A DNA stretch of 40,431 bases, taken from positions 1 through 40,431 of the forward strand of contig JAKFBU010000015.1 in assembly GCA_036676985.1 (NCBI GenBank), read 5' to 3'. This DNA comes from Candidatus Sericytochromatia bacterium (GTDB taxonomy: Bacteria; Cyanobacteriota; Sericytochromatia; S15B-MN24; UBA4093). Position 1 is the stretch's first letter; each line of letters opens with the position of its first letter. This document shows positions 11,320-20,062 of the stretch, in pieces. Below the pieces are notes generated by a model. That model was not told the origin of the DNA. It made no database searches and saw nothing but the letters and a program-made list of their open reading frames with translations. The translations under genes and the position numbers were made by a program.

Positions 11320-11871
11320 CTACTCGGCGTCGATCAGCTGGGGGGCGGTCCGGCTGAACTCCAGCTCGGACGAGTGGGCCGACTGGTAGACGTGGAAGAT
11401 GTTGAGGTGAATGGCGCTCCGCGAAGGCTCCCACTCATGGGCGCCGTCCAGCCTGTAGTCGAGGCGATCGCCGAGGGTCAGGCGACCCGACGTGGGGGCC
11501 TGGTAGGTGGCGACCCGATACCAAAGCTCCGTGTTGGTGGCTCCGGACGAGATGTAGACGCCGCCGTCCTTCGCCAGGAAGAGGCGGCTGCCGCTGCTGC
11601 TGCCCCGCCACCTGCGGGTCTTGTAGTCCATGAACCGATAGAAGGCGTAGTCCTGCACGATGTTCTTCGCGAGGGGGCGTTTGGCCTCGAGGGTCATGGT
11701 CAGGACGTCCCGGCCGACGAGCTTGGAGTGGCCAACCGTTCCGACGATGCGGGTCTCCAACCTGGTTGCCTCGGTCGAGGCCGGGTCCGTGGCTTGGAAG
11801 GTATGAAGGGGCGCCGCGCCGCAACCGGCGAGGAGCGTCAGGGAAAGCGCGGGGATGAGAAGTCGGGTCAT
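11320..11871 (-). CDS. Hypothetical lipoprotein
   Basis: Lipobox LLAGC after a hydrophobic N-terminus; no family recognised. Confidence 0.7.
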   Translation of the reverse strand: MTRLLIPALSLTLLAGCGAAPLHTFQATDPASTEATRLETRIVGTVGHSKLVGRDVLTMTLEAKRPLAKNIVQDYAFYRFMDYKTRRWRGSSSGSRLFLAKDGGVYISSGATNTELWYRVATYQAPTSGRLTLGDRLDYRLDGAHEWEPSRSAIHLNIFHVYQSAHSSELEFSRTAPQLIDAE

Positions 11872-12002
11872 GGGGAGGGTCCTTTAATTAACACTTAATT
11901 GATGCCTAACCTGTCGTTAAAGTTATCGCCGGCTGGCTACGGAGTCTTCTTAAGGCGATAAAATGGTTAGGTTAAAGTTTGGGATTGCGGCTGCGCCAAG
12001 AA

Positions 12003-12031
12003 CAGGCGCCCCGGGAAGACCGGGGCGCCTG
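12003..12031 (-). terminator. Intrinsic terminator of the DUF885 gene
   Basis: CAGGCGCCCCGG / CCGGGGCGCCTG stem followed by TTCTT on the minus strand. Confidence 0.7.
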
Positions 12032-12054
12032 ATCCGCGAGCGTGGCGAGTGGGG

Positions 12055-13848
12055 CTACTTCGAGCGTCTCGCGATCCATTGATCGACGCGCTGCTCGAGG
12101 ATGTCCAGGGGCAGCGCTCCCTGGCTCAAGACCTCGTGGTGGAAGTCGCGCAGGTCGAACTTGGTGCCTAGCTTCGCGGTGGCCTTGGCTCGAAGTTCCT
12201 GGAGCTTCAGCTCGCCGACCTTGTAGGACAGGGCTTGACCCGGCTTTGCCAGGTAGCGGTCCACCTCGTTGGTGGCCTCCAGCTCGGTCTTGGCGGCATT
12301 CTCCAGGAAGAACTTGATGGACTTCTCGCGATCCCAGCCCTCGTGGTGGAGGCCCGTGTCCAGGACGAGCCGCAGGGCGCGGCGCATCTCCATGTTCAGC
12401 TTACCGAAGTAGACGTACGGGTCGTCGTACAGCCCCAGCTCGTTGCCCAGGGACTCGGCATACAGGCCCCAGCCCTCGATGTAGGCCGTGTAGCCGCCGA
12501 AGCGCCGGAAGGACGGCAGCTCGCTCTGCTCCTGCGCGAGGGCGATCTGGAGATGGTGTCCCGGCACCGTCTCGTGCAGGGCGAGGGACGTCATCTCGTA
12601 GGTGGGGCGCTCTTCCGACCGATAGAGGTTCACGTAGAACGTCCCGGGGCGTGAGCCGTCGGGCGCCGGCCCCATGTAGTAGGCGGCGCTCGAGTTGGGC
12701 GCAAGCTCCGTGGGAACGGGCTCGATGGCATACGGCGCCCTCGGCAGGACCTTGAAGAGCTTGGGCAGCAAGGGATCGATGCGCCGCGACTGCGCCCGGT
12801 ACTCCTGGAGGAGGGCAGTGGCGTCCGCGCGGAAGTACTGCTTCTGCTGCTTCATGTGGGCGAAGAACTCGTTCAGGGTGCCCTTGAAGCCGACCTTGGC
12901 CATGACACCTTCCATCTCGCGCCGGATGCGCGTGACCTCGGAGAGGCCCAGCTGATGGATGCGCGAGGGGGACATGGCGGTGGTCGTGTAGTAGCGCGCG
13001 TAGTAGCCGTAGAGCTGCTCGCCGTTGGGCAGGTTTCGCAGGCCGACCTTCACGGGGCTCGCGGGCAGGTACTCGTGCGTGAAGTAGGCGTCGAACTTGC
13101 GGAAGGACGGAACCAGGTGGGTCCGGATGGCCTCGCGCGCCTGGCGCCGCAGGCGCTCCTGCTCGGCGGCCGGGATCCCCGGGGCCATCTTCTGGAAGGG
13201 CTTGTAGAAGGGGCTCTCGTCCGGGTTGGCGGGCATCTGGAGCTTGAGCTGGCTCGGAATGCGGCTCAGGATCGCACGGGCGGGGATCTGGCCGGCCGCC
13301 TTGCCTTCCTGCAAGAGCACGATGGTCTGGTCCATGTAGGCGGGGAAGGCCTTCATGCGGCCGATCCAGTCCTCGTAGTCCTTGATGTTGTCGAAGCGCA
13401 GGAAGTCCACGATGTCGTGGGCGATGTGGATGCCTTCCTTGTGGCTTAGGGGCATGCGGTCGGCCCCGAGGGCCGCCTCTTCCGCCAGGAGCTCGATCTC
13501 GCGCTTAAAGAGGTCGAAGTTCAGCTGGTCGGAGGGCGAGAGCTTGTTCCGGTCGATGGCCTTGAGCTGCTTGAGCGTCTCACCATAGTGGCGGGCCCGG
13601 GCTGCCCGCGCCGTGGCGCTCAGGTCCTTCCAGCGATCGTTGAAGCGATAGTCTCCGAGGGCTGAGGCCCAGAGCGGATCCTGGGACATCGTGTACGACC
13701 ACTCTGTCTCGAAGAGCTGGTGCAATCCGGCGGCCTGAGTGAGCTGCATGGCCATGGCAGGCCGGGGGGCCAAGATTTGAAGGCTCCCGAGGGTCAGGAT
13801 GCCTGCCAATGCGATCGTCGCAATCCTCACGAATGCATTCCTTTCCAT
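12055..13848 (-). CDS. DUF885 family secreted protein (putative metallopeptidase-like)
   Basis: Signal peptide; IHQLGLSEV, PDGSRPG.FYVN, LHETVPGHHLQ, YIEGWGLYAE, EVDRY..PGQALSYKVG motifs. Confidence 0.92.
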   Translation of the reverse strand: MERNAFVRIATIALAGILTLGSLQILAPRPAMAMQLTQAAGLHQLFETEWSYTMSQDPLWASALGDYRFNDRWKDLSATARAARARHYGETLKQLKAIDRNKLSPSDQLNFDLFKREIELLAEEAALGADRMPLSHKEGIHIAHDIVDFLRFDNIKDYEDWIGRMKAFPAYMDQTIVLLQEGKAAGQIPARAILSRIPSQLKLQMPANPDESPFYKPFQKMAPGIPAAEQERLRRQAREAIRTHLVPSFRKFDAYFTHEYLPASPVKVGLRNLPNGEQLYGYYARYYTTTAMSPSRIHQLGLSEVTRIRREMEGVMAKVGFKGTLNEFFAHMKQQKQYFRADATALLQEYRAQSRRIDPLLPKLFKVLPRAPYAIEPVPTELAPNSSAAYYMGPAPDGSRPGTFYVNLYRSEERPTYEMTSLALHETVPGHHLQIALAQEQSELPSFRRFGGYTAYIEGWGLYAESLGNELGLYDDPYVYFGKLNMEMRRALRLVLDTGLHHEGWDREKSIKFFLENAAKTELEATNEVDRYLAKPGQALSYKVGELKLQELRAKATAKLGTKFDLRDFHHEVLSQGALPLDILEQRVDQWIARRSK

Positions 13849-13926
13849 GTCGTGTATGGTACGTTTGCCCATTATGCCCTGACAGGCGAGCAACCACTCG
13901 CCATCGGGCTCTCGCAGGAGGACCGA

Positions 13927-14397
13927 ATGCGCGTCTCTCGTCGCCTCGGGCTATCGTTGGGCGTTGCCGTCTTGGCGGCCGGGTGCGCCGCAGGACACTC
14001 GTCGGTCCGTCAGGCCCCCGAGCCTGCCGTCTGGTACGAGGCCAATCCGGCCGCCATCTCCTACCTGAACGGACCAGCCACTGCCGTGGCCGGCACGCCT
14101 GTGGTCCTGACGGCCCGGGTGATCGTCGGCAGCGGCTCGTGCGATCGCTTCAAGGAGCTCACGGCACGCGTGGACGAGGCCTCCCGCTCGGTGGTCCTCG
14201 CCGCGGTCCGGGAGAGCCTCCGGTCGGACCAGCCCGTGCCATGCACCCGGGACCTACGCTCGACGATCGCGACGGTGTCGGTGTCGTTGCCGTCGCCGGG
14301 AACGTATCGGGTGACGGCCGAGCGGTTCGAGCCGACGGCCTTCTCTGCCGACGAACCGCCTCGGGCCTCTTTCGACATACAGGTCACCGCCGAGTAG
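13927..14397 (+). CDS. Hypothetical lipoprotein with a beta-sandwich domain and a Cys pair
   Basis: RBS AGGAGG, lipobox LAAGC, GSGSCD...PCT pair, PGTYRV strand. Confidence 0.75.
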   Translation: MRVSRRLGLSLGVAVLAAGCAAGHSSVRQAPEPAVWYEANPAAISYLNGPATAVAGTPVVLTARVIVGSGSCDRFKELTARVDEASRSVVLAAVRESLRSDQPVPCTRDLRSTIATVSVSLPSPGTYRVTAERFEPTAFSADEPPRASFDIQVTAE

Positions 14398-14441
14398 CGG
14401 GAGACGAGAGCTGGCTAACTAGCTGACGCAGGCCCCTACAG

Positions 14442-14575
14442 TGGACCCCCGCCTTCGCGAGGGTGACGGGAGCGCCGGCTTTGCGCTAAAGGGGCTTGTC
14501 CTCGATACGAGAAAGTGCGCTTGCCCTTGAATCCTGAATAGGCACTCCCGTCACCCTCGCGCAAGCGGGGGGCCA
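14442..14575. repeat. REP-flanked MITE/REPIN-like element, copy 1
   Basis: Terminal inverted arms TGGACCCCCGCCTTCGCGAGGGTGACGGGAG and CTCCCGTCACCCTCGCGCAAGCGGGGGGCCA; internal core shared with 39185-39340. Confidence 0.8.
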
Positions 14576-14601
14576 GGGTCGCCGCCCCGGTTGTCGGGTG
14601 G

Positions 14602-14790
14602 TTACAGCCGCCGCAACCGCTTGATCGGCACTCGTACCAGGGGACCGTTGTTCGGAAGGATGCTCGCCAACCCATCGTCGCGCAAGACGAGAACCGTCCG
14701 GCAGGACGGGCAGTAATGCCCGTTCTGGCTGCTGGCGGCTACCTTCATCCTGCCCCCGCACGTGGGGCACCTGAAGGAAAGTTGGAGCAT
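14602..14790 (-). CDS. Small zinc-ribbon protein
   Basis: 62 aa, CPTCG...YCPSC, RBS AAGGAG. Confidence 0.7.
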   Translation of the reverse strand: MLQLSFRCPTCGGRMKVAASSQNGHYCPSCRTVLVLRDDGLASILPNNGPLVRVPIKRLRRL

Positions 14791-15137
14791 CGTCTACTCC
14801 TTCCGTCAGGGAGCCCGGGACCGTCCACCCCTGGGGCCGAGCGCCTTGGCCCTACGTCATCAGCCGGACGCCATCGTCCCTCTCAGGCTGAAACATCAAG
14901 GCCTTGGCCTAGCTTAACATACCGTAACATCGCTGTGAACCCTTGTCTGGCACATTCAAAGTTACGGTCACTACGACCGAAGGACCTCTCGCCCATCTTT
15001 CGATCCTACAAGTAGGCGAAACAGCCTCTTTGATCCCATCTTAGACACTTGATAGCTCAAATTTAGCCGCCCGTTAAGAAATGGTGGCGCGGCCGCAACG
15101 ATAACACCTCAGGTACACACGTTCGAAGACGAGGAGG

Positions 15138-16109
15138 GTGATCGTGCGCTTGAGGCAAAGGGCTCCGTGGCTCGCGCTCGCGTTGACCATGTCCATGCTG
15201 CTCGGAGGCTGCGGGATGACCGGGACCTCCGGTGTCGGCTCCTCACAGGGCGCCTCGTTCGGCGTGCTGGGGCAGTTGCCCTTCCAGCGCCTGGACCCGG
15301 TTCCGGTCCATGCGCAGCGCTTTCCGGCCCGTATCATCGCTCACCGCGGCTTTTCCGGCCGCTTCCCCGAGAACACGATCGCGTCCATCCGTGGCGCCGT
15401 CCAGGCGGGGGCCGATCTCGTGGAGATCGACGTCCAGCTCACCAAGGACGGCGAGCTCGTGGTCTTGCACGACGACACCGTTGATCGCACCACCAACGGC
15501 AAGGGGGAGGTCAAGGCCCTCACCCTGCAGGAGATCCGGGCCCTGGATGCCGGCGTCAAGTTCGATGCGACCTTCACGGGCGAGCGCGTGCCCACCCTCG
15601 AGGAGGCCCTCGACGCCGTGCGCGGCGGCGCCATCCTCAATATCGAGGTCAAGGGTATCGAGCAGGCCGGTATGCGGCCGGTTGTGGCCAAGAAGATCAA
15701 AGACCTCGTCGAGCTGAAGAACTACGGGCCGCACGTCCACCTCATGTCCTTCGATGAGGCGTTCATGCAGGAGATGCGCCAGCAAGCTCCCACCTGGAGC
15801 ATGGGGCTCCTGGGGGTCGCCGACCCGTTCAACCTGAAGCTCAAGCAGGCCCAGAAGCTCAAGATGGACGGCCTGCACCTCCTGCACAAGGCCGTGAGTG
15901 CCGACGAGGTCTTGGACATCCATAGGGCGGGTCTGAGCACCCACGTCTACACCGTCAACCGGCCGGGCTCCATGCTCAAGGTCCTGCGCCGGGGCGTGGA
16001 CGGGGTCATCACCAACCACCCGGACCTCGCCGGGACGGTCATGGAGACGCATTTCAGCGGTAAGCCGCTGCCGACGTTGCCGGAGCCTCTGGACGAGGAC
16101 ATCGACTAG
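15138..16109 (+). CDS. Glycerophosphodiester phosphodiesterase (GDPD) family lipoprotein
   Basis: Lipobox LGGC; IAHRGFSG.FPENT, VEIDVQLTKDG..VVLHD, NIEVK, VYTVN, GVDGVITNHP. Confidence 0.93.
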   Translation: MIVRLRQRAPWLALALTMSMLLGGCGMTGTSGVGSSQGASFGVLGQLPFQRLDPVPVHAQRFPARIIAHRGFSGRFPENTIASIRGAVQAGADLVEIDVQLTKDGELVVLHDDTVDRTTNGKGEVKALTLQEIRALDAGVKFDATFTGERVPTLEEALDAVRGGAILNIEVKGIEQAGMRPVVAKKIKDLVELKNYGPHVHLMSFDEAFMQEMRQQAPTWSMGLLGVADPFNLKLKQAQKLKMDGLHLLHKAVSADEVLDIHRAGLSTHVYTVNRPGSMLKVLRRGVDGVITNHPDLAGTVMETHFSGKPLPTLPEPLDEDID

Positions 16110-16134
16110 TTGCTTCTCCTGGCCCGAGGATGCC

Positions 16135-16211
16135 GTCACCCCGGCGAAAGCCGGGGGCCAGGGCCTGCGCTCGTAGCATCGACCCTGGATTCCGGCTTTC
16201 GCCGGAATGAC
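16135..16211. repeat. Inverted REP doublet (GTCA..CCGGCGAAAGCCGG..CCA family)
   Basis: GTCACCCCGGCGAAAGCCGGGGGCCAGGG ... CCCTGGATTCCGGCTTTCGCCGGAATGAC. Confidence 0.85.
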
Positions 16212-16243
16212 GCGCTTTCCACTGTTGTACACCAATCTGCCAT

Positions 16244-16283
16244 AAAGAGAGCGGCCGATGTTCCGGCCGCTCTCTTTGTTTCT
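16244..16283. terminator. Bidirectional intrinsic terminator
   Basis: AAAGAGAGCGGCCG / CGGCCGCTCTCTTT stem between convergent genes. Confidence 0.8.
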
Positions 16284-17983
16284 TACCGCTTGTTCCGTCG
16301 GAGCCTCAGGTAACCGAAGATTCCCAGGTAGGCCACGCCGTACACGCCCGCCTCGCCCGCACCCTGCAGGGGGTTGGCCGGCGCGCCGCCCGGCAAGTTG
16401 CAGCCGCAGCCGGGGCCCACACCCGCCAGCTTCTCGGCCGCGCTCACCGCACTCGCGACCGAGGCGAACTGGTTGAGGAGGTTCTGGATCTGCTGGCGGT
16501 TGTCCTGGACGACCGTGCCGACATCGATGGGGTTCAGCTGCTCGACCACCATGGCCGTCGGCATGTCCGGCACCGAGACGGGCCGGGCGCGGGTCACGGC
16601 AAAGGTCGTTCCGTCCTTGAGCTTGATGCGGACGGGAGCCTGCGCGGTGGTCAGGTGGGGGCTGCAGAGGATGGTGGCCTCGGCCGTCCGTACGTTCGAG
16701 ACGTCCGGGAGCCCCGTGTTGTAGTCGAGGATGGGGTCCACCGTCATTTCCTCGGCCGACATGGTCGTGTAGAAGCGGGTGAGGTAGGGCACCTGGCCGA
16801 AGGCCTGGTGCGCCTTCACCAGCGGCTGGACGAAGACGGTGTTCAGCTCGTCCTTGAACGCCTGTGCCTGCTCGGCGGTCATGGCCTGCTGAGCGAGCTG
16901 GGACTGGTAGTTCCACATCATGTTGTAGAAGTCGGTCTCCGAGACCTGCCCCTGCAGCGAGTCGGGCATGGGGATGTGGCGCTTGAGGACGGCCTGGAGC
17001 TGTGGGCCCCGCGGGAACGCCTGGTTCTGGATGTGGAGGAAGGCGCTCCACGCGTTGGTGACGCCTTCGAGGCCGCTCAGGTTGTAGTTGGAGACGAGCG
17101 CCGGCTGGATCGTGCTGCTCTTGGCGGCGATGTCCGTGACGAACGCGCGCCCTCCGCCCTCATCGACGGCCCTGGACACGAGGTCGTTGTAGTTGCGGCC
17201 GCCGCCGAGCCAATCGATCAGGGCCTCGTTGACCTGGACATGGCGATAGTTAGAGGGGATGGCGCGCCCGGGCCCGAGCACGTAGACGGTGATGGGCATG
17301 TTGGGCCGTGCGGCGATCGAGGTCAGGATCAGGGGTACGCAGGGCTCGTTGGAGTTGTACGAGAAGACGATGGGCGCGAGGTCGCCCGTGTCGCGATCGC
17401 GCCGCAGCCGCAGGGCGATGAAGTAGTTGTCCTTCTTCACGTAGGTCTTGGTGACCTCGTCGAAGCGCGGCGGGATGGTGTAGTGGTTGTCCGTGAGCCA
17501 CGTCTGTAGCTCGGCGACCGTGTCGGCCTTGAGGATGGCCGAGTCGTAGGGGCCTATGACCTGTTGCGACACGACCGTCACGCCGGCGGCCTTGTCGACG
17601 GCCACGGTACCTTCCGCCATGGGCATGGCCAGGAACGTGTTCCCATCGGTCTTGCAGCTGCCCTCGGGGTTGGTGAACTGCAGCTGGTACCGCACCTGGG
17701 TCGCGGGCTCGAGCCGCGAGAAGATCTCGTCCGAGCCCACCGACAGGGTCGGCAGGGCCGGCACGGGCACGACCCACGAGAAGTCCTCGGCGCTGCCCTG
17801 ATACTGGATCTGGACGTAGGCCGTGAGCTTCTGGGGCTCGACCAGGAAGAGGATCTTCTCGCCCGACTGGTCGATGGGCGCCGTGGCGCAGAAGAAGCCC
17901 CCGCAGGCGCTCGCGGCGAGGCCCAGGGGGCCTCCGACGAGCAAGACGCACATGAGAAGTAACGCGGACAGGCGAGAGGACAC
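16283..17983 (-). CDS. DUF2330 domain-containing exported protein with a C-terminal GCGC-TM-basic tail
   Basis: Signal peptide then ACGGFFC, IDQSGEKILF, QIQYQG.AEDFSWVVPVP, IGPYD, WL.DN.Y, PCVPLILT, YLTRFYTTMS.EEMTVDP. Confidence 0.85.
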   Translation of the reverse strand: MSSRLSALLLMCVLLVGGPLGLAASACGGFFCATAPIDQSGEKILFLVEPQKLTAYVQIQYQGSAEDFSWVVPVPALPTLSVGSDEIFSRLEPATQVRYQLQFTNPEGSCKTDGNTFLAMPMAEGTVAVDKAAGVTVVSQQVIGPYDSAILKADTVAELQTWLTDNHYTIPPRFDEVTKTYVKKDNYFIALRLRRDRDTGDLAPIVFSYNSNEPCVPLILTSIAARPNMPITVYVLGPGRAIPSNYRHVQVNEALIDWLGGGRNYNDLVSRAVDEGGGRAFVTDIAAKSSTIQPALVSNYNLSGLEGVTNAWSAFLHIQNQAFPRGPQLQAVLKRHIPMPDSLQGQVSETDFYNMMWNYQSQLAQQAMTAEQAQAFKDELNTVFVQPLVKAHQAFGQVPYLTRFYTTMSAEEMTVDPILDYNTGLPDVSNVRTAEATILCSPHLTTAQAPVRIKLKDGTTFAVTRARPVSVPDMPTAMVVEQLNPIDVGTVVQDNRQQIQNLLNQFASVASAVSAAEKLAGVGPGCGCNLPGGAPANPLQGAGEAGVYGVAYLGIFGYLRLRRNKR

Positions 17984-18107
17984 GTGGGCTCCTTTCCGGT
18001 CGGGACGTTCAACGACCTGGCAAGCATGCTACCGCCATTGAATCACACGCGCGATCACATGGCACGGACCGCCATCACCGGCTCGCCCCCGCGCGCGCCA
18101 TGAGAAA

Positions 18108-18134
18108 GCGGGGGAGAGTCTCGCTCTCCCCCGC
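18108..18134 (-). terminator. Intrinsic terminator of the lipoprotein operon
   Basis: GCGGGGGAGAG / CTCTCCCCCGC stem with TTTCT following on the minus strand. Confidence 0.75.
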
Positions 18135-18148
18135 CGGGAATCAGACCG

Positions 18149-20026
18149 CTACTGGAGCCACTGGAACTGGACGTCCCCAACGAAGTGCTGGGACCGGTTG
18201 TTCAGGACGCGCGCCCGGACCGTATCCGAGTCGCTGACCTTGCGGGCGCCGTAGTTCGTCACCGTGAAGGTCATGTTGTCGTAGACGCCCGGATCCAGGT
18301 TCTCGTTGGCCGGGACGTTGATGACGACGGGCGACGTCTGGGTCGGGTTGATGGGCAGGGGCAGAGTGCCCGCCGCGGGGTTCGGCAGCTTCAGGGGGAA
18401 GGACTGAGCAAACGCCTGGGTGTTGGTGAGCGAGCTGGTCCGAATGCTCTCCGAGGCGATGATCGGTCCACCCGTGCGCTCCAGGTAGACCCAGGTCTTG
18501 GTGCCGTCGGCCGGATCCGTCAGGAACTTCAGGGTGTAGGCATGGTTGCCCACGCCGAAGTTGCCCCGGTTGGCATCCCAGATCCAGAAGGGCACGTCGA
18601 GGCGAGTCATCCGGATGGGGCTGTCGCCGCCGCCCGACATGGTCGCCGAGTAGGTGGCCGCCGTGGTGATGGGGCCGGGGGCCGTGCTGCCCTGGGTGTA
18701 GGTGCCGGATCCGCTGACCGTGCCGATCGTCCGGCCCGGCAGCATGAAGGGATTGGTCAGGGTGCGCGGGTCGGGGCTCGTCGAGTAGCCGACCACGGCG
18801 TAGTCCATGGTGATCCCCGCGTTGGCGAGGCGCACGGCCGCGAGGCTCTGCTGGTTGACGCTCGGGACGTTGCCCGCCACCAGGTTGCCGTAGGTGTCGC
18901 GCAGGTCGTAGTAGACCGTCGCCGTCTGGTTTGGAGAGACGTGGGCCGTCGAGCCATAGAAGCGCGAGGCGGAAATGTCGGCAAGCGCCGGCCAGACCGC
19001 GATGCGCGGGGCGTTGGCGTAGTTCGTCGTGTAACCGTTCTCGCTCACGGCCTGACCGCGGGCGAGCCACAGGCGCCAGGCCGCAGGGGCGGAGTTGACG
19101 GCCCCGATGGTGGCCCGGGTCGGCGTGAAGCTGACGGTCGAGGCCGTGGTGTCGATGGCCGGAGCGTAGGGGTGCAGGCTCGCCGAGCCCACGTCCGCGA
19201 TGCCGTTCGACAGCGTGAAGCCGCTCGGATCCGAGAGCGCCACCCGATCGGAGGCCTGGACGTTGGCGATGTCGCTGACCGGCAGGGAGACGGCCTCACC
19301 GGCGGTCACCTCGCGGGTGCTGGACCAGAGCCCATCGCCCCAGCGCGGGGCCTGGCGCACGTTGACCGTGACGGTCGTGGTGGAGCCGGGGTTGATGGAC
19401 TGGGTCGCGCCCCCCAGGCCGAAGCCCGCGTTGGTGGTCGAACTGTCCGAGCGCAGGGACCAGGGCAGCACGTCCGCGGCGTTCAGGTTCGCCGGCGCGA
19501 ACACCAGGAAGTTGGAGTTGCGGTTGCCGCTGATGACCCGGATCTCGGTCTCGTCCGCATCGAAGGCGTCGTCCGCATCCCCGTCGAGGAAGAAGACGTC
19601 GCGCAGGCCGTCGAACTTGACGGGGCCCGCAGCGCTCAAGAGGCGCTGGTGGCTCGTACGCACCGTGAGGGTGAAGGTGCCCGGCAGGACGTTGAAGAAG
19701 GTCACGTTGACCGAGCCCGCCGACCGCGAGGTGTTGAGGTAGGCGTTGCGGACCACGTACTGCACGCTCTCGTTGCCCAGGCTGTCGCGCAGCCGGACCT
19801 CGACGGTGTTGATGTAGGCGTTGCTGTAGGCGTACTGGACGCCGCGGTCCTCACCGAGGGCCGGCATGTTGAGGGGCACGACGATGTTGCCCTTGGCCTC
19901 GTGGCGGATGACCTGGGTCTGGGCATCGCTCATAGCGAGCGAGCTTGCGGGGGGATGGGCGGCACAGCCGGCGACCAGCAGGGTAGCGGCCGCGATCGCC
20001 CCGTAGATTCGAAGGAACTTGCTCAT
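18149..20026 (-). CDS. Large beta-rich surface lipoprotein (625 aa), unknown family
   Basis: RBS GGAGG, lipobox VAGC, Thr/Val/Asn-rich beta-sandwich-like composition, acidic loop DGDADDAFDADE. Confidence 0.85.
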   Translation of the reverse strand: MSKFLRIYGAIAAATLLVAGCAAHPPASSLAMSDAQTQVIRHEAKGNIVVPLNMPALGEDRGVQYAYSNAYINTVEVRLRDSLGNESVQYVVRNAYLNTSRSAGSVNVTFFNVLPGTFTLTVRTSHQRLLSAAGPVKFDGLRDVFFLDGDADDAFDADETEIRVISGNRNSNFLVFAPANLNAADVLPWSLRSDSSTTNAGFGLGGATQSINPGSTTTVTVNVRQAPRWGDGLWSSTREVTAGEAVSLPVSDIANVQASDRVALSDPSGFTLSNGIADVGSASLHPYAPAIDTTASTVSFTPTRATIGAVNSAPAAWRLWLARGQAVSENGYTTNYANAPRIAVWPALADISASRFYGSTAHVSPNQTATVYYDLRDTYGNLVAGNVPSVNQQSLAAVRLANAGITMDYAVVGYSTSPDPRTLTNPFMLPGRTIGTVSGSGTYTQGSTAPGPITTAATYSATMSGGGDSPIRMTRLDVPFWIWDANRGNFGVGNHAYTLKFLTDPADGTKTWVYLERTGGPIIASESIRTSSLTNTQAFAQSFPLKLPNPAAGTLPLPINPTQTSPVVINVPANENLDPGVYDNMTFTVTNYGARKVSDSDTVRARVLNNRSQHFVGDVQFQWLQ

Positions 20027-20062
20027 ACGTATTGAAACCTCCAAAAAGGCAATCGTTGCGCG

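Noticed and set aside
15243-17051. Long alternative-frame and antisense ORFs (for example 15243-17051 -, 18185-20035 +, 23150-24874 -, 26723-28702 +, 30004-31914 +)
   Set aside because: They overlap well-supported genes, have Arg/Pro/Gly-rich or antisense-shadow composition and no motifs. They are expected from stop-codon scarcity at high GC.
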